From Phoronis australis (Eukaryota > Animalia > Phoronida): a stretch of 64,000 bases of DNA. Location: assembly GCA_002633005.1 (NCBI GenBank), contig NMRA01000018.1, forward strand, positions 1,189,531 to 1,253,530, given 5' to 3'. The notes under the pieces were generated by a model, which searched no databases, was not told the DNA's origin, and saw nothing but the letters and a program-made list of their open reading frames with translations. A program made the translations under genes and the position numbers. Below, one piece after another: positions 1 through 13,300 of the stretch. Within the stretch, counting starts at the first letter, position 1; the number at the start of each line of letters is the position of its first letter.

Positions 1-1096
1 ATCTGATTACACTAAATTTCTAAGGTTATAAAAAGCTAAGTAGGTGGGTTACATTAATTTCTCATTTATGGCACAATGTTGACAACCAAAACCCACCAAG
101 GATGTACACAAACTCTTCAAATGCTCCAAAAAAAATACCACCAAGACTTTGTAGCTTGTGTAGCTTGGCAACAGAGTACATGTTACAAAAAATTGCTAGA
201 GAAAATCAAGCTAAGAGTATAAATACAAAAATGTCAATGGATAGTAAGGTAAAGTAGTAGTAGCAGCAACAATACAGCATCAGTGCTGTGCAATAGGAGC
301 AGCAGTAGTTACAATAGAAGCACGCCTAGCTAAGAATGACTGAGGAGGCCTCTACGAAGGTATGCCCATAATCATCAAAGTTATTACAATGAATTACATA
401 CCCAAAGCCACTGTAATTTAAATAATGGTCCTGCTGTTAACCCCTCCTTGTATTGTGCAGGTTACATTTTAAAAGGTCAATGAATCCCAAAGTCAACTTT
501 TGATTTGTGCCAGTTACTACTGTACAGTGTGCCTTGTCCTGGTTTGTATTGGGATTAGAAACGAGACTTAAGAATAACTGACACTACATTATTACTTCAG
601 ACCACGCCCATTAGGTTGCCTATCAAGACAGGTTAGTTTCAGCTGCCACAGAAGCATGGCCGACTCGGTGGATTTCCATGCGATTTAATGCAACCAAAGG
701 ATAAGAATGCATCGACATTTCTTTAGATTTAATTTTACAGCAAGTATGTCTGTGAAGAAAGTTAATGATTTAACACTAGAATATGGTTTACATGGGCTTT
801 GAATGGCACCAACTAGTGGGGATACACCAGGAGAGCTTAATTCATGTTCAGTCAACTGTTAATCATAGATTTGTAGACTGTTCTCCCACTAATCGGGTGA
901 ACATGACCAAATTCCTTAAGAACCCAATATAGAACTTTTCTCAGGAAGAGAACCCAACATGTACTTGGCCTTGGCTGTCAGTTTGCTAAAAACGTTCTTA
1001 ACATGCATAGTTACACAAACATATTAGTTTTGGCTTTTTGTCATTTTCTTAGTTTACATGTAATACATAAATCCGTGTTTGAATTAATGGAAGGTA

Positions 1097-1353
1097 CAGC
1101 GTAAACCAAAAGTGTTCAGACAAAATGACCTGGAATTCCCTGGCAGAGTGAAAGCAGAATTTATGATCAGAGTAGTCTTCCCTCATAACCAAGAGTGAAA
1201 AGGAATTAATAAAAAGTTAGACAAGTGGCTAACTCACTCTGTAATTAGAATTTTGTCACCCTCTTGGTTATCACCAATAACATTTTTGTTAACAGAGTTA
1301 GCCATCATGATGGGGAAAATGGTATTTTGTCTAATTACTTTTGCCTTGTACTG
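1097..1353. mobile_element. Copy of the TA-flanked MITE, reverse orientation
   Basis: Reverse-complement similarity to 24131-24401, including CAAAAGTGTTCAGACAAAATGACCTGGAATTCC. Confidence 0.7.
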
Positions 1354-2508
1354 TATATCACTGACTGATCACTGTTCCTCGCCAGTACTTGCCGTGTCTG
1401 TAGAGACATATAGCACAACTAGTGTTAAGCTCTTGTTTTATATTATACATTATACATTATATACTATTTCTGTACAGTGGCTTTAAAAAGCAGTATGATG
1501 TTTACACCTTTGTTGATCTTGGGTGTTTAGTTGTCTCTTCATAATCTCCAACTCATCACTTGTAGTCAGCTGTTTGAAAAGAAATTAACACAAAATAAGC
1601 AAATGTATATTCCCAGAAATGAAAAACAACAGACAGTGTCAACAAAGTAACAACTGCGGATGTAAAATAGGATGCAAATGAGATGGTTTGTGAAATTACA
1701 TGATCATAGTGTTTGTGTGAAATAATGGTACACTCTATTTCCCATACCAATGGTAACTGAAACTTCCACTTCACACAGGTATATATTAAGTAAACTTTAA
1801 TTGAAACTTTAACGGGGATGCAAGTGCCATAATTTAAATATCCTCACGGATTAACAAATCTATAGTCTGAATCCCTCCCTAATTTTAATTAAAACAATTC
1901 TCATTTTTGGTAACAGTGAACAAGTTTGAGCAGAAAGGCACACATTTACAGCAACATACATTACAGTCTAAACGTTTTGTTATACACTTTCCATCACAGA
2001 CGGACCCATGACCAGCACACTCAGATCAACAAAACCATGATGATGAAGCTATTACAATTGGTGTATACAGCTTTAAATGATAACGTTAAATGTGCTGTTG
2101 TAGATCACGGCAATTGTTCACATATTCTGCACCAAAATAATTACAGAAATTGACGTTCTTTCATTTTTCCATGTCTGATTATCTATTTATGGCAAATCGT
2201 GTAAACTAAACTCAATACAAGGCTGATAACAGACTAAAATATTTTCATCTTTGTTTTTATTTGAAAAATTTTACAAATTGAAATTTGCATTTCCAGCCAT
2301 CTTGTACACTAAGCAAAGAATTACTGCGTATGTTTTTCACTCCTTCCTAATTTGGTCATAACGGCACTCTAGTTCTCTCTATCCAAGTGCTGTAAATGTC
2401 TTTAAGCATGCTTTGAGGGTCGTACCTTTGGTTTCACAACACAGATTTTTAAGAGACAGTAGTCTTTGGATCCAAATTTTATGAAACTGCCATAGAAAGT
2501 GTAAACGC

Positions 2509-2761
2509 CATGTTCGCACCCAGCCTAAAAAATTGGGGTGCTCCAACTTTAGGAAATGTGGACTTTTTACTGATTTAGGGGATAGGTTTAAAGCTGTGAA
2601 TTGTGCATTCGCCGAATTTCGGTAGTTCCTGTCTTTTTAGTGGACTTTTGTCTCACTTCCCACTTTTTTCGTAGTTTTTGTTTCTCTGAGGCGGATCTTT
2701 TTGCCCACTTCATCAAATGAGGGGGGCTCGTTTGAGCCCCTCCCCCCTGGGTGCACGCATG
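2509..2761. mobile_element. Second copy of the CATG-ended MITE, opposite orientation
   Basis: CATGTTCGCACCCA..TGGGTGCACGCATG; flanks AACGC/AACAC; interior similar to the reverse complement of 37141-37388. Confidence 0.8.
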
Positions 2762-4353
2762 AACACTGGGTGCTTTCACAGAGATATTTCCTTACCTTTC
2801 TGAGACTCCAACATTTGGATTGCATGGTGGAGAAATACATGGTTTAGTTCATGTTTCTTGCAAGATGAGCTTGGCAAGACGATAACATAAATCAAAGAAC
2901 ACTTGATTCGTCAAAGGCGGCCCAATCATAAACTGATATCGGGCCAAAAATCACCAGAATTGATTCTTGTCCGCAAATGATTTATTTTGAAACCTGTGCC
3001 TCACTGCTTTAATGGAAAAAGGAAGAATTCACTTGGCCTCTTGTGACGCTGAGAAAAAAGGTTTCCGGGCCACCTCAGCTAGTATCATGTGACCTTTTTC
3101 TTTTTGAAAATATGGACAGTTAAAAAGTACTTCATTAATTAAAAAAGATCAGAACCAATCGATGCTTTTTTGGTCTTACCAACGTAATGAGGCACTAGAC
3201 AATGAGTACAAAACCAGTAATGAAATTATTAAGTTTCATGATCTCTGCACCTAGTGGTCTATAGAAATGAAAAAATAGAAATCGTCTATTTTTTCTGCGA
3301 TTTTTGTTTGCTACTATCACTACTAAAGAGGGCTTCATTCTCCCTGGACCCTGTCATGGGTCTGCCTTTACATAAGTAATTACAGGTAGGTATCTAGATC
3401 ATCTGTGAACAACATGTAGTTACCTGAGTGGCGACTGTTGGGTGCCTCTACATTATCATAGGCACTGTTGCTATACACGTTGTGGTACATATCATGCTCG
3501 CGTGAATCTGAAACGAAACACATACATTGTACACGATGAAATCTCANCCTCTCCCCTGGGTGCACGCATGAACACTGGGTGCTTTCACAGATATTTCCTT
3601 ACCTTTCTGAGACTCCAACATTTGGATTGCATGGTGGAGAAATACATGGTTTAGTTCATGTTTCTTGCAAGATGAGCTTGGCAAGACAATAACATAAATC
3701 AAAGAACACTTGATTCGTCAAAGGCGACCCAATCAAAAACTGATATCGGGCCAAAAATCACCAGAATTGATTCTTGTCCGCAAATGCTTTATTTTGAAAC
3801 CTGTGCCTCACTGCTTTAATGGAAAAAGGAAGAATTCACTTGGCCTCTTGTGACGCTGAGAAAAAAAGGTTTCCGAGCCACCTCAGCTAGTATCATGTGA
3901 CCTTTTTCTTTTTGAAAATATGGACAGTTAAAAAGTACCTCATTAATTAAAAAAGATCAGAACCAATCGATGCTTTTTTGGTCTTACCAACCTAATGAGG
4001 CACTAGACAATGAGTACAAAACCAGTAATGAAATTATTAAGTTGCATGATCTCTGCATCTAGTGGTCTATAGAAATGAAAAAATAGAAATCGTCTATTTT
4101 TCTGTGATTTTTGTTTGCTACTTTCACTACTAAAGAGGGCTTCATTCTCCCTGGACCCTGTCATGGGTCTGCCTTTACATAAATAATTACAGGTAGGTAT
4201 CTAGATCATCTGTGAACAACATGTAGTTACCTGAGTGGCGACTGTTGGGTGCCTCTACATTATCATAGGCACTGTTGCTATACACGTTGTGGTACATATC
4301 ATGCTCGCGTGAATCTGAAACGAAACACATACATTGTACACGATGAAATCTCA
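2741..4353. repeat. ~807-bp direct duplication joined by a single N (3547); probable haplotig/scaffolding artefact
   Basis: 2741-3546 and 3548-4353 are near-identical with scattered SNPs. Confidence 0.85.
4187..4314 (-). CDS. GPCR probable terminal coding exon (C-tail DSREHDMYHNVYSN..DDLDTYL*); a near-identical copy lies at 3380-3507
   Basis: Strong acceptor GTTTCGTTTCAG, phase 1 matching the exon 17 donor, and an open frame to TAA. An internal GTAACT could act as an alternative donor. Confidence 0.65.
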
Positions 4354-7300
4354 ATACGGGCAGGCTCTCAGAACTTATTTTGGCTCAGTATTCCGTAGCC
4401 AGATCAAGCAATCGAATTCAGAGTCATGCGCTTCAGTCTAGCAATAACCTGTCAGTTCTTCCGATGTCAAAGAATTGTTCCAATTCGGGGAAAGTCAGGA
4501 CTGAGGTATTTTAGTACAATGAATCAGTGAGGGCCGACAATGCCTGCCCCCATTCCAATGCTCACCAGGAGTTGAGGATTAAGATTCACCATGCAGGTCA
4601 ATAGCCCCAGTGGTAATAACTTTCAAAGAACCTCGTAATTTAAAGCGCTGTGAAAAATGTGGCATAATTATAATTATTGTTGTTTTTCATTTTGGCATTT
4701 CAATTTTATTTGACTGGGTCTAAAACATCAAATGATGTCATACTAAACATCCCCGCAGCCCTGAGTGTCCTTATTGAAAGTATTTTTTTATGGAAGGAAG
4801 GTTTACAGTCCCTTTAAAAACAATCTTACTAGTGGTAGGCCAAGTCACACGGCTGCCACATGGCTACTCTGAGTGATGCCATAGACATCCACAATGGTGA
4901 CCTACATTGTAAGCAGTTTCCTTGCTTCCAATCTTAGTTAACTGGATAACTTCTCTACAAAGGGTCGCATGTCGCCAAGAATCTTTTAAAATGTAACTAG
5001 CCAATCCATGAAACCATATATTTTTCAAATCCTTCATGGTCACAGAATCACAGAAGCCTAGTGCACACGAAAATAATGCTTCACTGTTTGTAGTCTCAAT
5101 GCAATTTTCCAAATTCTGCATAGGTAAGCCGCGGCTGCCACGTAGGTGACGAATTTTGCATGAAACTTGAAAATTCTACTGGTCTTGGGACGACTGGGTT
5201 TTTGGTCTAAAAAAGCCTTGATAATTTTTCCCAGACTCACGATTGTACCTAAGATAATATAGATAGCATTTTAAAGTTTTAAATGAAATTTGTCACTTAT
5301 ATGGCAGATCATAAAATAATTTGAAAAATACATTGCTTTCTTGGATTGAAGAGTTGTACATTAAAAATGTTTAAAGAAGTGTGACCCTTGGTAGCAAAGG
5401 TATTCAATAACAACCGCTGTAAACTATATTCTGGTGTCAAACGACAACTTTCTTAAAAAGTGCATTTCCTCTTACAAAGCAACCTCATCATGTTCCTAAC
5501 CATTGTCTGAATTTTCTTGTAATAAAATCCTTGAAATTCCCGTGACGGCTTTACTACTTCAAAGGCTGAAACTAACCTCCGGAGTAAGGACTGTAATAAG
5601 CATGGTGTCAACCAATAGTGAGCTGACAGTTCTGCTCAAGTCAAATTGATTATAGTCTAAATAAAGAAAACTGGGGTCGACCAAATTTATAACCGTAAGT
5701 GGCTTGACTCAAAAGTTGTTTTTTGTCAGAAGGCGCAAGTTTATTTCACCTTAAGGATCAATGTAATACCCTGGGAAAATGTCCAAATATGGCTACCTTC
5801 TAAACATCATAACTCAGAGATGGCTAATCGACATCCTAGGAAAATTTCAGGCTCTTTGCTTTATGCAGAGTTCTCCAAAATGTTCCGCTTTTGCCGCATG
5901 AGGAGCTATCAAAAATACGACTTATGATTTTCGTGAAAAAACTCTAAAGTTGCAAAAAATGAAAACAAAATAATTAAGCAAAACTGCTACAGCATTTTAT
6001 ATCCAATGAAATTTGATCATGTTTTTGCTACCATTCTTTTGATACCAATGAACGTACCTTTTTCTAAATTTTCCTATTAAAAACAAATTGGTAAAAAGTC
6101 GAAAATGAAATTCTAAAACCGTTCTACTCTCAGGAAAATCAAAATCGAAAGTTTTACACATTTGACTAAACGTAGACCAGTCGATAAGGTCCTATATAAC
6201 CTTAAGGCCTAACTTCAACAGAATTTTGTTATTTTAGATGTATTGGGCTTACCAGATAGTCCGGCCTAGCAAAGCCTTAATAAAATAGTTGTGAAAACAC
6301 AAGTTCAATCGTGCAAACGTAAGCCCCGCCAAATAATAAGTGAAGCCGCCTTTTCGTGCCATGTTGCGTCACCGCGAGATCCCAGCACAAACAGCAAAAG
6401 GCCGATAACAGTTGTAGTGAATAGGGGTCTGAATAGTGTGAGGGTGTTAGTCGCAGCTGTTTGAATTAAAAAGTGATTCTCACAGTGACGTAGACAAAAG
6501 CAAGCCAATACACCTAACAGTTCATTACATTTGGCAATTTATGGAACTAGTGGGCTCAAAGTGATGCTCTTAACATACTGTAGAAACCAAATTTACAGAA
6601 TGACATCACTGCTTAAGATAGGCTTTAAGAAAATTATTAACTTTATTGAAGACGCCCCAGATCTTGGTTTCTAACCTACCATCTGCTCTCTTACTGGCAG
6701 CATATTGTGACTTCTTTTCTTCCTCCAAGTCCTTCCTGTATCGGCCGAGTAGCCACAGTTTCCTTATAAAGATGCAGCCGACAATGATGTAACCGTTGAC
6801 AACATTCGATATGGCAATGGAGGGATCCCTGTACTGGTGATCTGTTAGGGTGGAGACGATCGTCCAGACGATCCAACATCCCACTGTGAAGAGTGCGGTG
6901 ATGAGGACCCAACGGGCCTCACGATGGTTCAGCTCATTGTCGTACGTGACGAAACCCATGATGGCGGTCATCAAAATAAGCACCATGACGTAGACGCAGG
7001 ACAAGACGAGACCCTCGTTGTGGAAATCATGTGGTGAACAGCGACACCTCAAATCGCCGTTGACATATATTTCGTCAACATATGGATGACGGAGTATGAG
7101 CCACTCTGTGTTGATGATTACCTATAGAATCAACGACAGCTTTACTCTTACTGATCGATACTGCACTGATAAAAATCCACAATTTTCCCAGTAATTGTTT
7201 AATATTTTATTTTAATACTCAAGCCTTTTGATTTTATCTAGACATTTTAATGATTCTCTGTCCAGTTTTTACATTTTTAACGATATTCGACTGTTTTTGT

Positions 7301-10300
7301 TCTAAATGTTTTGTGAAGATTTTACCTTGACAAAAGGCCCAGTTAGAGGTAAACAATGTGAAGGAATAGCAAAATACAATTACACAGATGTCTTAAGGAA
7401 GATAACGTCAAAACTATTTTAATTTACAAAAATGAGCTAGAGTCTATTGACAGGTATATTGACAACAACATACAGACTTTACGGATTAAGCATTTTATAG
7501 ATATCGGTATTAGCGAATGGAAATAACATGCCAGAAAAACCAATTTAAAACTATTTACCAACCTGCACCAAAACGAGAAACACAGCTATGAAGAAGAAAC
7601 ACATTGGATGAGAGAGGTTTTTGTACTTGTCCGTGTCGTCGTCACCAACGCGCCAGGCATTGAGTACCTTCAGCAGAAGCGGTGCAAAGATCATCGCGTA
7701 GACAAAGCCCTGGCCAAACCGGCGTATAGCACACACCTGGTAACCGGGGAGGTAGATGAATGCTATATTGAGTAGAAAGAGTAGCAGTACGCCGACGAGA
7801 ACAAAGAATCCGAGTATGGAGGTGCCACCTTTGACAGGGTAGACAGCACACAGGTAAATGATGAGAATGAAACAGAAGAGGGCACCAATGCTGCTGAACG
7901 CCAACACAATGATGCCCCAGGCGTTGTGAAATTCGCGTGCCTGATCCTCCGGCGATATCTTGCACTGCATCTGTTTCAGCGAATCCTTTTGGGTATTGGC
8001 ACCTGTCTGACCATTGGTAGTACCACTGTTATTTGTGTTCTTACAAGAACACTTTTTGTCCACAGGACAGATGGATAAGCTGATCTTGCTTAGATCGCCA
8101 TTCGCAGAATAGCCAACAGGGTCACTGACCATGTCCAGCTTTTCTTGCCAGTATCCAATCTGCAAGAAGAGGATTTTCAACAAAAGTAAGCATCATCATT
8201 CATTTCAGATAATACAAAATTAATATGCTTTTGGTTATTTCACAAAGAGCACAACAACAGTCCTTTCGCGTTGTTTTGCGCGCGAAGCCAAATCACGAAA
8301 TAAGCACGTGCGTCTGTGAGAGATGACAACCAAAAATGTGGTTTGCCATAGTGGTCACTGTGGCCATTCAGACTCACACCTGCAGCCATCTGGTGTTTAC
8401 AATAATTCTAAAGATCCCTGGCTGCACGTGTTGAGGGTGAGATAGTTTCACCAACGATTGAACTTCTACCCTCTCACAGTCAACATGTAACCAGTTCTCC
8501 AAAAACATTTGCCGTACTTTAACCAATGTAATTTTTTACATAGGCCTATGCATTAACAGGAAACATACTTCCGATAATTTGAGCTGATTTTCTTTTTAAA
8601 AGTCGTCAAAAGTTTGGTTCATGTTAAACACTCTTTTTATTATAGTTAACTGTCAACCTTAGTAGATTTTTTAAAATTGCAATTATTGTATAACTCTATT
8701 TTTATTCGTGTTACTGTATAACTTTATTTTTCATTACTACCCTTAGCAATTCTTTAAACACATTTTTATGTGCCAAATGAGCGAGTTATTTAACTACTTT
8801 GCAAATTTTGATGGCCATTTTCAGAACTTTTAATTTCTTAATATGCTATTCGCAACTTAAAACATCTAGATTTTCTTTAGCACCTCAGTAGATTTGCAAA
8901 AAAATCAGGTCTAGACGCCAAGTAGTCAGACTTTTACACATATTTTCCATCCTGCAAACAATTTCCGTATTTCGCTATCTCGTTCTTCTTGGTTGTGAGG
9001 TAAGATTATAGTGAATGTACAATGGTGATGCTAAGCACACGACGGACTTCACTGTTTTTTTCCTTCAGACTTTTGGGAAGCGGGTCGCAATGAGACATCC
9101 CACATTCATGGATATTTATCCAGTTTATGCCACTACCTTGAATCGGCATTACAGCCCATGGCACAGCAGTAGTACTTTCTGTGACTTAATGTGACTTAAA
9201 ATATGAAGTATTCAGATGACAGATGCTAATAGTAACAAATGAATCTTTATAGGAGCGAAAGCGAGGCTGCTGACCTGCCTGCCTTATCTTTAGGTGTGCT
9301 GCTATTTTGTACCTCACAGCATGGGAGAGCGATCAATGCAGAAGGCTAGAATTAGACTCTCGCCAGAGTACACAGAACTAAGGTATATAGTGCCATTTTG
9401 ACTGTACTCGCATTGTCTCGCACACTCACGCCACCATTTTGTGCTTCTGAGCATGCGCATAGTGAATGAGGAAGGTCTGTTGAATATAGTATTTGAGTAC
9501 TTGAATATAGTAGTTGAATATAGTAGTTGAATATAGTAGTTGAATATAGTAGTTGAATATAGTAGTTGAGGGTCTCAAATTCTAGTCTGCCTTGGAAACA
9601 CTTGACATGAAAATGAGAAAATACAAAAATCTGAAATGTCAACAATTCAAACCAGACTTTAAAATGCAAAAAATCTGTTATTTTTTTATTTTTAATGACA
9701 ATTTAAGAGTTGGCAGGACTTAATTGACAGCAGACTACACATGTTTAATCTTACCAGTTTGTAACCATATTCATCTGCTGTATTCCTGGCCGAAGGATTT
9801 CTCACATAGTTATAGAAATAGTAGCCAATATCGCCATAGCGATCACTGGTAAACTTGAAGGTGAGATTCCTGCTGTCAAAGGTTACTCTCCACTGAGTAA
9901 TCAAGATCTGCTCATATATTTTTTGCCGTCGGTCTTTCAGCTGTTTCACGCATGCATAGACATCCTGTGATGCACTCTGTCGACATTCTGGAATATCATT
10001 GATACCCTTAGCGATCTCGTAGACGGAGATAATGGTTTGATAGACAAACGGATCCATAGAGATCATATCCTCTGTTATCACTTCATTAGTGGTGCAAAGC
10101 TGGTTGTACTGCTTCTGAGGGAACTTGCTCTGACGGTACTGACACTTGTGGATGTGTTGCCAGAACTCTTCGAACCAGTCCTTTGGAATTCCTTTTGTGT
10201 TTGTGAAACTCAGCTTGGCCACCCACCTAATGAACTCCGGGATGGGATCAGAACGGACCTTTAAGGTGATTGAACCCAGAGCAACATCTTCGTAACCTGC

Positions 10301-13300
10301 AGTGACCTCCTTAAGATCCGCCCAAGAGGAATGGCCAACAAGCAGGAATTTTCCTTGAAGGTTGAGCTCTTTGATCGATTGGAGGATGGCACGCGCATGT
10401 TGTGTGGTGACGAAAACCACAACAACCGTAGCCTTAGGTTTATCATTTAGCTTCTGAACATGCGTTTTTATCTGATCAAGTGAAGCGGTTAATGGCAGAA
10501 TAATACGGTTGGCAATGCACAAAGTCGACGAGTTTGTTCGCAACATTGTTTCCGCCACCCTGTTGTCTGGCTCATCATCACTGTTCATTATCTGAATGTA
10601 AGAGTGGCCATATTTTCTTAAGAACTCTGCAATAGCGACGGCTTGCAGCGTATCTGGAGGCGATGTGCGTAGAACATATGGATACTTCACTTTGTCTGTC
10701 AAAGTTGGTGACGTAGCACTAGGACTGACCATAGTAATCTGCTGAGGTCGTGCAATCTCATTGATGGCCATCGTTGTTTCCGAACCCATGGGCACAATAG
10801 CCATAACTGATAGTGGATCGATAAGCCCCTTAGCAGATATGCCACAGAAGCCCTGGCCCCCCAAGTACGTCCATGCGTCATTGCCAGCACGCACTGCGCT
10901 AGAGCAGGTATCCACAGCAAGACCACCCAGCTTGATACTCTGAGCCAGCTTCAGTCCTTCATTCATGTTGATCTTTTCAATAGCGTAGAAGAAAGCCAGC
11001 ATATTCTGAAAGCCGAAAGTGGTACTCATGTCGCCACAGTTGTACTGGTCTGAGCCCTGCTGATGGACGTCGAAGAAACCAAGGATGTTCAAGTCAACGA
11101 CGGCTGTCTTCTGCATGAAGCGTGTCGGCTGTGCGACCAGACCTACACATTCCTCACATCTTAGGTCGGATGCATTCTTCTTGACACAATTGGAGTTCCA
11201 TATCATCTCGTAGTTGGAGTATATTTTGAGACGGTGTGTGTCATTATAACTTCCAACCTGAAAGAGCAAATCCAATGATCTGAAACAACTTGAGTAAAAG
11301 AACAATGCCGTTTCTCATATGTGAGATTTTGAACAAGGGTTCCGAGTGAACATTAATATTTAAAATTCCCACAATTTCAAATATGCAAAAGAAATTTTGC
11401 TTCATCATTAAAAGAATTTAAATCAAAAGGAGATACATTGATAACAATGCATCTATATTCTGTTGAGGATGAAATTTCTAATAACTACCACCTGTAGACT
11501 AATAAAACTATAGAACATGAAGTTATTGATATCTGGGCATCATAATGTAAAAATCAAGACTCTGGGATCATCAAGCACTTGAAAACAAATGTATGTGTGT
11601 ACTATAAATATTCAAAAATATATGGTAGCAAGGTAGCCTACAAATGAACATTTGCAAAATTCATAACAAAGATGTACATAAAACATACATTTTCTGAGTA
11701 GTATGCTTTCTGGCCAGCCTTTCCCTGCTCAATACTGTAAATATGGTAACCTCGTGTACTTTCGTGTGTATCCCTGTCAAAGCTGAACTCTTGTTTCGTG
11801 GCATCTTGAAATTTCACTCCTTCGATTCCCTCTATGACAGCTTGTCGTCGCTGACCTGCACAAAAATCAGCCTCAGTCAGAGACACAGTCTCTATTCAAT
11901 ATTTTGAAGCAAACTAAATAAATTCAACCACATTGAAATGTGCATTTCAAAATTATCAAAAAACAAGAGGCCATCCCCATACTACAACCAGATTCTGAGA
12001 CGGGCAAAGCTCAATATGGTGTTTCAAAAGGTTTATTCAGGCACGTTCTATGGTCAGCAGTGCTTTGGAAAAAAATGTCTTTTCTTCACCTATTCAGCTC
12101 ACAATATGACAGATAAGTATAATAATTAATTTTGATGATTTTCTGAACAAAACAAAATGCAGGAAATTTTGCTCATAGTCTGTCCTTAAACATGCTCCAT
12201 TCAGCAATCAAATCTAGTAAAAACTCGATTCATTGTAACAACATAATCATTTTTTGAATAGAAAAAAATATATTAAAAATGACACTGTTGGCGACTACTT
12301 TTGTCAAAACAGTGAATAATTACAGTAATAATAAACAATTTTTGGTGCACTGAAAAAAACAACTTTATAGGTGATGATTTCTTCACGCAAGACTTTCAGA
12401 ACAAGAAAAAAGTAATCATAGAAAAAATACTATTTTCCCGTCATGACAGCCAATTCTGAATCAGGTAACAGCAAAATTCAAATGGTAAGAGCTATTGGGG
12501 GGGGGCAAAAATCTAACTACAGATTGGCTTAACCACTAACTCTCCTGTTAATGCCCCTTCATGGTCACGAGGGAAGACTACTCTAATGTTAAAATTGGCT
12601 TCCGCCCAGCCGTCATGACAGGGTATTTCGGGTCGTTTTGTCTGAATACTTTTGGCTTGTACCGCGGCTATGCAAAACCTTGAGATGAAAAGGAAGATTC
12701 AAAGCTCAAGTCTTAAATTCATTGCACAGACGCTAGCCATCAGGGAGACAAACTTCAGGCCACACCGACAACATGGACGGTCTCATTAACAGCAAGGTCT
12801 TCTCACAACTTGAAGCTAGATTTCTTTAACAATAATTTCTTTTCTCGCAAACGGCACTTCTTTCCACCCACTGACGGAAGGTACAAGTAACAGGTGCTTG
12901 ACAATATTAACCACATTCCTCATACAGTGTGAACTGCAACTAGGAACATACAGGGTGTTCCAAAAATATACTCATAATTGAACAACAATACTTGCTTTTA
13001 ACGACTCAGGAAGATTACAAGTTAAAAGTCATAAAGAGGTCATGAAAAAAAATCTTTATGATAACTATATTAACTATATTCGAATGTTTTTATATCCTGT
13101 ATTTACATAATATTCTATCCTGTTGTTGTTCTTGGTTTACTGGTTCCTGTTTTGTAGTCAGTACTGTATTAGTTATATATTCCTAGAACCTATTAACTTC
13201 CTGTACATTTCTGTATAATATATTTTATTATTTGTTGATATCAATACACTTTTAGTTCGACAGCCAACTGGATACAATCTTTGTTTTACTCACGGCTTTT

